Shown here piece by piece: positions 32,240 to 44,840 of a DNA stretch of 64,000 nucleotides. This DNA comes from Negaprion brevirostris (taxonomy: Eukaryota), in assembly GCA_030324005.1 (NCBI GenBank), contig JARDVH010000042.1, forward strand, positions 68,464,354 through 68,528,353, in the 5' to 3' direction. Both the position numbers and the translations under genes were made by a program. Numbering within the stretch: the first letter of the stretch is position 1; each line of letters opens with the position of its first letter. The notes under the pieces were generated by a model that saw nothing but the letters and a program-made list of their open reading frames with translations, had not been told where the DNA came from and did no database searches.

Positions 32240-34360
32240 TCAACATAACTGAACTGCCTTGCTCGAAGGTAAGCTAAAAAATGCTTGCTGGACTTGTGTA
32301 AGAGCGATGAGTTGCCGAGTGATATACATGACGGGCTCATTCTCTCAGCTCGCTGCTTCCACATATCTACGGGCTGCCCAAGACATACACAAGTGATGTC
32401 TCTTTTTGCACACATGGATTGGCCAAATGGTTAGGCAAATTGTTAGAACCATTCTCGAGCAAGTTTTCCATATGTACAGTGAAGGATTCCTTCATATTTG
32501 TGAAGACCATACTGGGCTTGTATATAAGTAGCTGTGCTGTGTCCCATGTGCTCATTTGACATTACTAGCCTATTTATCAACATTCCACTTAAGGAAGTGA
32601 CAGATATTTGCACTGTCACACTATATCATGTTGATCTAGATCCATCGCCATTGTATGAACCAATATTTGCTGAACTTATGAACTGAGAAACTTGCAAAAT
32701 TGAATTCAGTTGTAACAACACCATGTATACCCAAATAATTGGTGTTGCCATGGGATCCACCCTCAGCCCAGCTCTTGCAAACGTCTTTGTTGGAGTTCAT
32801 GAGCAACTATCTTCAATGGACTTGCACCTAAATTTCTGATATGTGAATAATATATTTCCTTTATTTAAATCTGCAGCTGCATGTAATAATTTCCTTACAT
32901 GTCTTACTGCGCTCAAATTTAGCTTTGAAATGGAGCAGTCAAATTAACTCCCCTTCCATGATGTACTCGTTGAGAAATATGCCAGAGGTCTCTTTACCAT
33001 GGTCTGTCGGAAGCCTATCTTTACTGATCAGTTTATGCATTGGGATTCTTACAGTTCCATTAGTTGTAAGATTGATCTGATCGGCAATGTTGTAAATAGG
33101 GCCCAACCATTTGCTCACCATGCAAGCTTGNNNNNNNNNNNNNNNNNNNNNNNNNNNNNNNNNNNNNNNNNNNNNNNNNNNTTGACACTATACGCAAATT
33201 CCTGTATGGACCTAAGGCTGTTACTTTCGGCCAAGAAAAGTACACAGTCTATCTCACGTAACTGTGGAAGGGTAAGTATCTCAAAAACATGAGGAATAGA
33301 TGAAGCTAGCTGTTTGACGCTGCTACTATGCAGTAGCAACATGAGTGATATTCACCATTAACAGGATACTACTGTCTAATCAAAAAGGCCTGCCTATCTC
33401 ACACATGACTAATGTGGCATATGAATTTCAGTGCCAGTGATGCTTGGCTGTGCATCCCAAAGACTGGCAGGTGGTTCACGTCAAGCAGCATGTCCCCTCC
33501 ACTGTTCACAATGGACAAGGTGCATAACATATGCAACTAGCCCGTGCTTGCAAAGTACAAAATACAATGTCCAACATTAGGTGTGATTCCATGAGTGGAC
33601 GTTTGCTAAATAATCCTCAAGTGTGCTAAAATTTATGCTGAAAATCAAAATCACCAGTTGGGCTCACATTAGAACGTAGAACATTACAGCGCAGTACAGG
33701 CCCTTCGGCCCNNNNNNNNNNNNNNNNNNNNNNNNNNNNNNNNNNNNNNNNNNNNNNNNNNNNNNNNNNNNNNNNNNNNNNNNNNNNNNNNNNNNNNNNN
33801 NNNNNNNNNNNTGACCCTCTAACCTAAACTATTCCAATGTTATCCATATGCCTATCCACTGACCATTTGAATGCCCTTAAAGTTGGCATTGTAGCACAGT
33901 TATGTGTACTGGAAGCTAAATACATCAATACACAGGATCCTCTTTCTTTATAGACAGAAAAAAAACATGTACACACATTAAGCCTGTTTCAACTAAAAAC
34001 AAATGACAACCATAAGACATAGAAGCAGAATTAGGCCACTCAGCCCATTGAGTCTGCTCCACCATTCAATCATGGCTGATATTTTTCTTATCCCCATAGA
34101 TGAAGAACCAGACGTTTGCTGGTTCAGTCCTCAGGGCAACGCCTTGACTAATCAGAGTTAAGCTGCCTGGTTTAAATTTCAAACAATGCTTGGCATTCTC
34201 CATTGGGTTACTCTACCAATCAGAGCACTTGCTAATCAATCAGCACTGTCTTCTCATTCAGAACATATTTAGTGATTCCCCTTGCATTCTATTCTTCTGA
34301 ATGTCCTGAATGATGCAAGAGAAAAAGCTTTGCCAAAAAAATGTCTCTTTTATTCACTAA
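32240..34360 (+). mobile_element. Penelope-like retroelement remnant (RT + GIY-YIG)
   Basis: IYGLPKT (32365), SFDITSLFINIP (~32552), GVAMGSTLSPALANVF (32741), F*YVNNIF = FRYVDDIF (~32834), LPFHDVLV, VCRKPIFTDQFMHWDS, NVAYEFQC (~33411); degenerate hammerhead-like motif at ~34302-34334. Confidence 0.88.
33671..33890 (-). mobile_element. CR1 3' tail nested in the Penelope element (with gap)
   Basis: agaacgtagaacattacagcgcagtacaggcccttcggccc; a second CR1 tail at ~34011-34098. Confidence 0.7.
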
Positions 34361-34485
34361 TACTCGAGTTCTGCACTGACTATAAAATATAAATGTTAAG
34401 CTGCATACACAAACATAGGAGGGGAGTCAAGAAAGATTCACATTTTGTTTGTCGAGAATGCAGGCCTTGCTGCTGCTTATGATTG

Positions 34486-34692
34486 TAAGAAGTCTCAACA
34501 CCAGGTTAAAGTCCAACAGGCTTATTTGTTAGCAAAATCCACTAGCTTTCGGAGTGCTGCTCCTTTGTCAGGTAAGTGGGATCAACACTCAAAGCGAGTG
34601 GATTTTGCTCCCAAATAAACCTGTTGGACTTTAACCTGATGTTGTGAGACTTGTTGTGTTTACCCCTGTCCAACGCTGGCATCTCCACATCA
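34486..34692. mobile_element. Short Penelope-type terminal-repeat element, copy 2, fold-back
   Basis: 12-bp TSD TGCTTATGATTG (34474-34485, 34693-34704); ~60-bp inverted arms 34490-34549 / 34591-34652. Confidence 0.8.
34539..34575 (-). ncRNA. Degenerate minimal type I hammerhead ribozyme
   Basis: - strand TTAC-CTGACAA-AGGAGCAGCACTCC-GAAA-GC-TA-GTGG: stem I, core with G8>A, stem II GGAG/CTCC, GAAA, palindromic AGCT in place of stem III. Confidence 0.6.
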
Positions 34693-35149
34693 TGCTTATG
34701 ATTGACCCAGCAATAGCATGACACTTTGAACAGACTGCAATTCAGACAAATAAACTTCCCATTCATTTCTGTGTAAACCAGAGCAAATTAGGCTCAACAT
34801 TCCAGGGCATCACAGGTCAAAAAATGGACTTACTTTCCAAGAAATCACCTTGTGTGTGTGAGAACTCGGATAAACAGATACTATCTCTGAGCTATCTGAA
34901 TTATACTTCTCATTGTTACTAAACAGCCTCTGTATTGCTGAAAATTATATTTTTTCCTCAATTTCAGTGACTTTGATATGTAGGTTACTGGAAACTTCCA
35001 TTAACCAGTACATCATCTGCTCCATCTTTCTATTTTGATGTCCTTATTGCGATCAAAACATGTTTTGTTTTATTCTTCCTCTACGATGCTTCCAGTTATA
35101 GAGAAATAAAACACGTCAATCCATGCCCCAGAGTCTCAAGTTGAATGAT

Positions 35150-35400
35150 TGAGCAGCCAGCCTGCTTACAGGTAAAATATACAATTCCAGGCAATTAGAT
35201 TCTTTACAATACTTCGGTATTAACCAATGAAGAGATCTATGATAAATTGGACAATGTGTTTAAGTTAACACCGCTCCTCTACCTGATGACTATGATTAAT
35301 GTGCTAATTGAATTTTATATCGTTCTTTTATTTCATTCCCTCCCCCACCCAACCTCTCCGTATTTGTTGATCATCAATAACTTCTAATTGGCCACATTTT
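35150..35400. promoter_or_regulatory. Candidate enhancer / conserved non-coding element
   Basis: Two TGATDDATKD Pbx-Hox motifs (35240-35249, 35293-35302) and Sox-like ACAATG (35251-35256); conservation untested. Confidence 0.4.
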
Positions 35401-36724
35401 AGGGATCCGGTAAAAATTGAGGCTAGTATAGGCCTAATGCAAATTGATGCACTCCCTGGCATCACTCTGGGCACTGAGCTGAATTTATCTTCTGGGCAAC
35501 TGCCCATTCATGCTAACTGCAAGAAAGGTCAGAGGACTATGGACCTCATTGAAATAGGTGTCCTGAAGTTCACCAGATTCAAGATACTTCAATGTCTGGC
35601 AACCCCAGTAGCAATGAAATGTCAGGTGGGGTGATGATTGTTGGGGAAGAGAAATTTGGATAGTAACAGTTCAAATAAAAGGACAACATTTTCTGACCCT
35701 TTTAAAACTTAGATTTCATGAAACGGACCAGGGTTTGTGTGGCATACAGTTCTGCCTTAAATGGCAATCAGGGCTTCATGTGCATCATGGAACCTCAATT
35801 TGCATAACAAGCCAGCCTTTTGTGGCTGCCTTGTGATTGGCTCCTCAAAAAGAAATGGCAGTGTGAATATAGCGTTTGCATCAATGGTGTGGCAATTTTA
35901 CTGCTCTCGTTAGAAAAACGTTATTGCTCTATTATCATAATTTTTTGGAAATTAAAATATAAAATTTAATTTAGGACTTTGTATAATAAAATATTTGAAA
36001 GAAAAGTTTGATGGTGGGTTTTTGGTAGGGGAGGACCTCTATAGAATGTATGCACAATAATTTCTTCCTGACAATTTTCCAATCATTGGTGACTTCTTCA
36101 TTTGCTTGGAATTGAGAAAATAAACTTAGCTTTTCTCCATGCAGAGCAGCTGCATAGAATGACGAGACATCCCATAAATTCTGAAAATTGGTTCACATTC
36201 CAATTCAAGATGAGTCTTTAATTGTGTCGTAACAAGACTGGAATATAGAGCAACTTGTTTGTGAGTAGCAGAAAGGGAAAATGTGCCCAGCTGTCTGGAG
36301 TTCATAATCCTTATTGTGGCTGAATGTCATTTAAAATGAATGTTTTGCATATAATTGTCATAATCAGAGGAATTGTCAGAAGGTGAATGGCCCTTGACAG
36401 CGATATTTTAAGAATTTGGGAGCTTCTATGCCCAATAATGATCTAACTATTGTACAACAGACCTTTAATAGTGAAAGGTACATCACTCATATTTTGGATA
36501 GATTGCTTTTTAACTCTCTTCAATGTATCCGTATCATATATTCCATTTGTTATGTCTGCTCTGAAATTATCAATGTCTGTCAATGCATGCGCAATTATTT
36601 TGAATTTTGTCCGAGAAAGACCAGAGGAAGGCCTCTGTTTGGATGTCTTATATTCGAGCATTTCAAAGTGTCCACCTGATATTTATAGTGGCCATCTTAT
36701 GTTCATCTTAAAGATCAAGGGCTC

Positions 36725-37932
36725 TAAGGGCACTTGGATGAAGGTGAAAGAGGTGGCCAGGCATTGAGTTCCAGCTCAAGCAGAAGGCAGCTGCTTGAAG
36801 ATCTTGTGCTGTGGCATGGAAAACATTGCTATTGTCACTCCTCCACCCATGGGAATGGCTTGAAGCTCCTTGACAAAAATTCCATGTAGACTTCACAGGT
36901 CCAGTGGAGAGAAAGGTGCTATTGGTGAAGGTTGACATCCACTTGAAATAGCCAATTATAAAGTTGGAAGTCCACAGAGGTGACTATTAGAGCAACTCAG
37001 TGAGTTGTTTGCTTGATTTGGAACCCATGATCCAATTGGGCTACAGTTTGTGGAGAATTTGTGGATGACCTCAACACCAAGGAGTCCGGCAGATGAAGTC
37101 AGCGCTATACCATCCTGCAACAAATGGCCAGGCCAAAAGGTTTGGCCAGACCTTAAAACAGGCCCTTATGGTTTCCCAAGGGGAGGGTTCTCTTGGAAGG
37201 CAAGTGAGTAGATTCTTAAGCACATATCACGACACACCTCATACAACGATCCAAGATTCCTCAGCATCATTGAGGTTTGGCTGCAGATTGAGGACCGTCT
37301 TTGATCTGATGCAGATGGAGGAGACACAAGAAACAGTAACAGAGAACCAAGAAGGGCAGATGGCCTGTAGAGAGGGAAAGATAAAAGTTTAGGAAGGGAT
37401 AAACCATGTTTGCAAGGAACTACACGACGGGAGAAAAATGGATTCCTGCAACAGTTGTGGTCTACACAGGGTCAATTTCATACATTGTTCAGACCAGGAT
37501 GAATGGGTCTGGAGGAGACCCAGCTGGTGGTTGCTCCACATCAAAACAGGGAAGTCCTCCCTGACACAGGAATGTTTCTAGTAGAGCCTGAATAACCGAC
37601 TGAGTCTTGTGTTCCTGACACTGAGGGAGTTCTGACCAGAGAGAAAGCATCAGCAGAAGCTATTGGTGACAATAACCAGACAAGAGAGGAAGCTCCAGAG
37701 CTTCCAGAAATGCAGGGAAGAACACCTAAGAAGACCTCAAAGGCAACGAGATAGTCATCCAGCAACCGTCGTCCTCCAGATAGACTGATTATGTCTATGT
37801 AGACCTTGTAATGGACGTTGATATTGCCATTCACAATTGATGTTCATGTTTTGTATATAATTGAATTGTGCAATAAGTGTGTTAAAAATGTATGCATGTC
37901 ACACAGGCGGTTTTGAAGCAAGAGGGGAGGAG
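36725..37932 (+). mobile_element. Ty3/Gypsy LTR retrotransposon integrase remnant
   Basis: KVKEVARH, LHPWEW...KFHVDFTGP..LLVKVD, SALYHPATNGQAKRFGQTLKQAL, FLSTYHDTPHTT; polypurine tract AGAGGGGAGGAG at 37921-37932. Confidence 0.88.
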
Positions 37933-38112
37933 TATTATGTATGTTGGGGCATGCCCCTTTTAAGAGAATGGGTCAGGTGATCTGAGACAAGCCCACCTTG
38001 GATGGGGCTTGCAGGGGCAGTCTTGTGCTGATGGTGCCGGGGGAATAGTTGTAATAAATTGTTCCATTAGTTAACTATCACTGGCCTCGTGGTCTTTATT
38101 AGTCTTCAATAT
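37933..38112 (+). mobile_element. Probable 3' LTR of the Gypsy element
   Basis: Begins directly after the PPT (TATTATG, decayed TG); AATAAA at 38053-38058; end approximate. Confidence 0.6.
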
Positions 38113-40237
38113 CATACCTGAAACATCATAATGACTAGCTGAAATTTGCCACATTCAGTTAGATGGCATGTCAGTTTTCTTCCAAGATGTACAACACTAG
38201 CATTGGAATTGTTGCCAAGTATCATCTCCCTAACTGTGCTCTTCAAGCTTTTTTGATTATGCTTTATTTCTGTAGCTACTGCTTTTAGTAAGGCCAGAAG
38301 GTAAGAGGCAATCAGGCAACCATGAACTTCAAACATACTGCAGTTGTGTCTCTCTAAATTAAAAGCATTTCTTAAGAACCATGAGAGCATGACTTTCTAT
38401 GTACTCAATACAATTTTTTAGTGGCATAAACATTCCTTCAAGGGTCTGAAATGCCAATATCTCTGAACTGGTTGTTGTTGTCCTTGAAATACCAAACAGT
38501 TGTTACACATGTGGCCTAGCATGATTATTCTCATGGCATAGTTTTCCTGGATTGCTTTGCACACTGTATTCTGTGAAGTGTTATTGCACACGTGTTATAA
38601 TTGTACCTCCAGTGGTGTGAAATATTTTAATCAGTTTCAGGGTTCCAATGTTTTCTAATTTTGCTACTACCATCTAATCACCAATATTTTAATACTGCCA
38701 AAACATTGAGGAGCCTAGAGCAAACTTGTGTAGCAGTGCCAAAGTACAACTTTTTAAAAGGAATATGAGCGTTTTGCAGAAACGTTTCAGGACAGTTCTA
38801 TATAATATCATTGTCATGGGTAGAAGTGAGAATAAATATAATTATTGTGGGNNNNNNNNNNNNNNNNNNNNNNNNNNNNNNNNNNNNNNNNNNNNNNNNN
38901 NNNTGGAGCTTTAAATGGTCTGCTGAATATTCTGTCTTGCCCGTTAACGATTCCTGCAACAGGTGGTACAGGAAATTTGCAGCCCACAAGTTGGTCTCCT
39001 ATGTGACTTTTGGAGAACTGGAGGTAAACCTCAACTAAGTTTGTGTTAATCTTGGGGGCATATCGTGTGATAGTTTTAAAACTGATCTTTTTATTTGAAT
39101 AGATGAGTTGACTGTTTTTGATAGAATGTGATTCAAGCAAAATGAAATTGAGGGAAAGGACTTGTGCAAAGTTATTGGTTGATGACTGAAATACCAAGTG
39201 AAATTGATCAAGCCAGAAGAAAATACATTACCTGATGACAAAGCCAAATGACAAGTGCAATGGCCACAATATAGACAACCAATGGAAGGTACAAACCAAA
39301 AAACAGATCTTTTAAGTTACACTTTCAACTGTTCTAACTTTAGTTGTGTCTTCCACAAAAATAACTCATTGCACTAGTTGTACTAGATAAAACATTCTGC
39401 AATTTTAACAACTGATATGATGTACAATGTGTGTTCAAAGGAGACAGATTTCTGTATATAATTTAAAGAGCAACAAATGAACCATAGCAAACAAGAGCTG
39501 AACAAATTACCTTTGCATAATGAATCATGCACTTGCTATGTCTACTTTTCTGAGCTGTGGGATACTGCACACATCTCTGAAATGTTATTTTTCCTCCAGT
39601 GCCAGCAGCTGTATATTCTGGCCTTTGGTCGAGCTTTTCATACCAGCCCCATGAAATTTTCTTCAGGTAGTGAATGATTTTCTGCCGGGTGTAGAACAAA
39701 TCTAATGCATAGACTTTTAAAACACCTCAAGCTGTTCTAACAGAAGTCAATATGCTGGCCTAAGATCAATAATGCTTGCATTTGTCTAACTCTTTGCAGA
39801 AAAGTCCAACACAACTAAGCCAATAATTGTTTTCACTACCACCAAATATACTTGATCTATATAAAGCTAAAGGTTACATCTGTAAGCTAGGTGACCTTCT
39901 ATTCAGGAGGTACACAAGGTTAACAGACTGATTCAAAACTCTGCAAGCTGGTTTTCTTTGTATAGACCATTGTTCATCAACCAAATATATATATATAATT
40001 ATAATACTGGTTTAACTGTTCATTTGGAACAATGCTCCACAGTAAAAGAAAAGAGGAACATCCTCTATGAATTCATGTCCAAGCACCAAAAGAAAAAATT
40101 CAGAGTGCAATTAAAATTCAATAAGGATCAATTGTTCAGTGTTTGATTATGTCTGTCTGCTGATTGCTCACTGTGTAGGATTAGTTAAGCCAGGGTATTG
40201 TCATAGAAAAAGAAACTAAACTGAGGCAAAAGTTGTA

Positions 40238-40318
40238 TTGATGTGGATATACCGGCATTGGACTGGGGTAAACACAGTAAAAAGTCTGACAACCTGGTGT
40301 TGTCAGACTTTTTACTGT
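40238..40318 (-). mobile_element. Short Penelope-type terminal-repeat element, copy 3, perfect hairpin
   Basis: 12-bp TSD GCAAAAGTTGTA (40226-40237, 40319-40330); 21-bp perfect inverted arms 40273-40293 / 40299-40319. Confidence 0.8.
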
Positions 40319-41307
40319 GCAAAAGTTGTAAGCATGAGAGAACGGATATTTTAAAAATCATTGCGTAAAACTCTTGTTACACAGTTAGAAGCTGGCATAT
40401 GTCCCTGAGATATAAAATACAACAACTGACGATGAGGATGGGATGAAGCAAAGTTTAAATTGGTACCTTTCCTCTTTTCACTGGGACATCCAGTCATGCC
40501 ATGGGATTGATGGGTCCAAGATCTACTTGCTCATCACAGAGATGGATAGTGTCGATGTAGTAGTGATTCGCAAAATGCTTCTCAAGTTGTCTCAGACCAC
40601 AGTGCCCGTGAATATTTGAACAGCTCTCAGAAAATGTGTGATTTGATAAGGCAACAAGTACCCTTGAAGAGACCTCAGCAGTCACAGCAATGCATGATCG
40701 CTCATGTCCATATACCCTTAAAACTCTGCCCAAATTAATGCTCATTGATACACAGCATTGTCCATCTTGAGAGAAAAAGTTGTTCTTAAAGTGGGATCAT
40801 TTTATAAAGGTATATGGGTTGAAGAAAAAGACGTAATCAGATAAGACGTGGAGGAGTCTATTCCTGAGATTAAAGTACAGCATGTGTATCCCATTATGAA
40901 TGTTAAAGCACCAGATCATTTTAAGGAACTCTCAGTCAAGATTGTAGGCATCTTATTATCACTTCTCATCTGTGATGCTGTGAATTTCAGAAGATCATTT
41001 AATCGGACTTCTCGGGAGTTGAGGGGGGCAGTCAACCTATTTAATGATGCCATAGTCCATAGAAGCAGAACACTATCAGTGGTTCTCACTTGACTCCCAC
41101 AATATAATTTATACTTAATAAGAACAAATGCACGTTCGCAGCACCTGAGATTGACTTTCTATTGATCTTCATATCTCAAAGAACATTTCTAAACATAGAA
41201 AAAACGGACAAACTGAACTTCAAGAGATGACTTGGTTTATGTGTTTGTGTTTAGGATGGTTTAGTTTAAAATGGGCCCTTTAGTTTCACAAGGGAACATA
41301 TGGGAGG

Positions 41308-42202
41308 GGGGTGCAATCTTGCCAAAAATATTCAAAATGCCAAGTGAAAATGGAAAGAATCGCACCCTTTTTTTAATGGCTCTCAGACACAACCTTAAGC
41401 CACTTATTGCAATAAAAAAGGCAAAGTATCATTCACATCAGTTGGGGGAGTGAACGGAGTCTAGTCTTGCTAGAAAGCTGGCTACTGACAGCTGGAGTGC
41501 ACAATCGTACAGGCACTTATCTCTGAGCTTTATGTACACAGAACAGAGATCTGTCACTTCCCCCACTCCCCCATGTATCAGCAGCTCCCTCCCCCTCCAA
41601 ATTCCGGGCCTCCCTGGATCATTGCTGACCTCCTCTGCTGATTGCCACCCAATTCTCGCAACCTACAGCCAATTGCTGCCTGGATACCACCCTCCAGGCT
41701 GATAGCCGCACCGGCTAATCCCCAATTACAAGTGCACAGCCCACCTCCCCTTGAGCACACCCCCTTAGGCTTCATCCACTTCAGCCTCCACGCCTCACCT
41801 TCAGCATCACCCCTTAGCACTGCTTGGTGCCTGGTGGGCAGTGCAAAGATCCCAGGCTGGCACAGTCCAAGGGGCACTGCTCCTCATGCCCTTGGGCACT
41901 GTGAGGAGTCTCAGTGTCCCCCCATCCCACTGTTGAGGCCATCACATCTGGGCCCTGTTGATGGGGGACCATACGTAATCCATGTCAGTGAAGGTCTCCA
42001 CTGTTAAGGTAAGTGAGCCCGGACGATTCCATCCTGTGCTCATTAATATTTAAGTTCCAATTTTAATACTTATCACACCAGCTTCACAGGAGTAGTGCAA
42101 GAGACAAGAAATCGGATGCAAAGCTGGTATTTCACCTCTTCTGCAATGTTACCAGCTCACCACGCCAGTCGACCAGCAGGACAAGCTGGTCAGATCGCCC
42201 TC
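41308..42202. mobile_element. Non-autonomous DNA transposon (Harbinger-like ends), GC-rich interior
   Basis: Imperfect TIRs gggtgcaatcttgcca / tggtcagatcgccc; no convincing ORF. Confidence 0.45.
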
Positions 42203-42949
42203 GTTCTGTTCAATTGTTTAATTGTTTGATGTTTGATTCTGTGTGCCTGTTGACTACTCACTATGTAGTTAGTACTATGACCTACAATGATCCGAACGAG
42301 TTGGTCAGAACATAAGAACAGATAGGGAACTGAGGGGACTGTAGATTAGGAGGAGGGAGGAGATCAGAGGCCTTTGGGGATGATAGAAGATCATTTACTC
42401 ATACATGATCATGGGGAGATTGGGGACTGATTGTGGTGGTAAAAAGATAAGTGTCTGGAGATGGTGGTGGGAGGAANNNNNNNNNNNNNGGGAGAGAACT
42501 CATCTATGGAGGATCCTCGGACACTTGCCACCTGAATCCACCAATTCCTTGCCTTGTGCAAATTGTCAGATTATTAAATGCTCGGAAACACAGTTATTTA
42601 ATTTACTGGTGGAGTGATGCATTTCATCTAAAGAGGCTGTCGCCTGACTCCGGTAGTTTCTTCAAATTTGTTTATTTGCACAATGTACATGATGAAGTGT
42701 TAAGTAGGCAAATCTGCTGTGCAGAGTCTCTAACACATGCCTGCTGGTGTAACTGTTACATTGTGGTTTACATCACTCATTACAGTAATAGTTACAGTAA
42801 TTATTACATTAACCCGTTACACATGCCTGCTGGGGTAACTGTTACAGTAATGAGTGATGTAAACCACTACATATCTATTACATTAATCCATTACACTACA
42901 GCAGCCAACCATAATCTCTAGTGATTCTGAAAAGGGAAGTAGACAAAAT

Positions 42950-43370
42950 ATAACATTCTGATAGATATTGGAAAGGGAAATGTTGGATAAGAGTATAGCC
43001 AGTGGACATAGATTTGAAGTAATTGCTAGGAGGATTAGAGGGGAATTGAAAGGCAGTTTTTCTCAGAGTGGTGAGAATTTGGATCACACTGTCTCAAAGG
43101 GTGCTAGAGGCAAAAAAACCCTCATTGCATTTTTCAAAAAATTGATACATATTTGAGGTGCTATAATTTAGCTTAGGGGTTTTAAAAAAAAAGGGCGGCA
43201 TGGACAAGTTGGGCCAAAGGACCGGTTTCCAAGCTGCAAATCTCTAAGACTATGCATAACCTACAGGGCAATGGACCAACAATGAAAAGATGAGATCAGG
43301 CTGCATGATTGTTTTTTAGCTGGCACAGACATGATGGACCAAATGATGCCCTTTTGTGCTATAAATCACT
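42950..43370 (+). mobile_element. CR1 3' fragments
   Basis: ASGHRFEVIARRIRGELKGSFSQ; two CR1-type tails (gggccaaagggaccggtttcc; ggaccaaatg). Confidence 0.65.
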
Positions 43371-43749
43371 GCTTCTCTGACTGAGTAGATACTTTCTGAA
43401 AAAAAACTAAGTGCCAACACAAGTGCTGTAAAATTCTGACATTGAATTTCATATCAGAAGTTAAAGTTAAAGGAATGATCCAATCTGTGACAGACATCTT
43501 TCAATCTGGGTAAGTGCAGTATTGTACATTTGGATCTGTGAAACTCCAGACATACAATATTATAGTGGAGTATCCACTAATGGTGTTGAAACAGAAGTGA
43601 GAGATGGGTTGCATGGTGATGTGAAAAGGTGACAAGTATGACAAGGCTACTAGGATATAAATAGCTTCTGGACTATATTTCCAGTTGTGTGTAATATACA
43701 GCCTTTATACTTGCTATATATGATGTATGCATCTGTTTAGCTCCTTTGG

Positions 43750-44840
43750 AAAGAAAAAGATCAAATTTATCTCACCTTCACAAACTCAGGATGCTCCAAA
43801 GAGTTGTACAGCTAATAAGTATTACTGAGGTGTATTTGCTGTCATAATGCAAGAAATATGGCTACTAATGTACAACACAACAGGATGTAATTTCAAAGCT
43901 GTCAGGGATCTTTGATATCTGCAATGTACTAAGCCATTTTTTGATGTCACTGACTCTGATGTTGGGGACCTCTGGAGGGGACTGAGATGGATCACCTACT
44001 TGGCACTTCTGGCTGAAGTTGGTTACAAATACACCAACTTTATCTTTTGCACTGACACGCCAGGGTCTCCCATCGTTGAGGACAGGAGTATTCATGGAGT
44101 GTCCTTCTCCTCTTCGTTGTTCAATTGTCTACTGCTATTTATGACAGGAAGAGGAAGGTCTGTGGAGTTTTAACCTGATCTATTGTCAGTTTAACATGAT
44201 AAACATCCCAGAGATCGGAGGAGCAATTATCAAACAAAATTTAGCATGAGGCAATGTAAGGAGAAATTAAGACAGGTAACCAAAAAGCATCACGAAAGAG
44301 GTAGTTTTTAAGGAGATTTTTTTAAAGGAGGAGCATAAGATCATAAGAAATGGAAGCTGGAGAAGACTGTACAACCCTTACAGCTTGTTCAGCAATTTGA
44401 ATGTTTTCTCAGCAACTTCCCATAAGCATAATATATCTAAAGACAGTATGAATCTGTCTGTGTATTGGTGACACTGCCTGCTTATTGCTGCAATCACAGA
44501 GTAGTAAGTAGCCAAGGTGTAAAAGCAATTGCTCCTTCTCCATACCATACACCAGCAGCAGGATATGGTAAAGCACTCACCCAGAAAAGCCAAACCAATG
44601 CAATCATGCTCACCACTAATAACATAAAAGTTTTGTCTTATCATCTAACTCCCAGCTTGTGCTCAGAACTGCCTCTGCACTGGTCACTCACAGTGATCTG
44701 GACTCCCAGAAACAAATAGAGTTGGAGAGATTTTGGAACAAAATTCCTGACTTTAGGACCTAGGCAACTGAAGGCATGACTGCCAAAGGTGAAGAGATGA
44801 AAACTGGGGATACACAAGAGGTTAGAATTGGAGGAACATA
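43750..44840 (-). mobile_element. Nested cluster of SINE tail, CR1-like and L2 fragments
   Basis: NTPVLNDG..VSAKDK..FSQKCQV.DPS..PPEVP (CR1-like linker, 43865-44095); SacSINE-type tail 43750-43865; L2-type 3' end at ~44190-44330 and ~44720-44840. Confidence 0.55.

Noticed and set aside
36416-36767. Three overlapping ORFs upstream of the Gypsy integrase
   Set aside because: No recognisable motifs except the last codons, which belong to the integrase remnant
41015-41032. CTCF-like GAGTTGAGGGGGGCAGT
   Set aside because: Lacks the CCAC/CCAG core; match too weak
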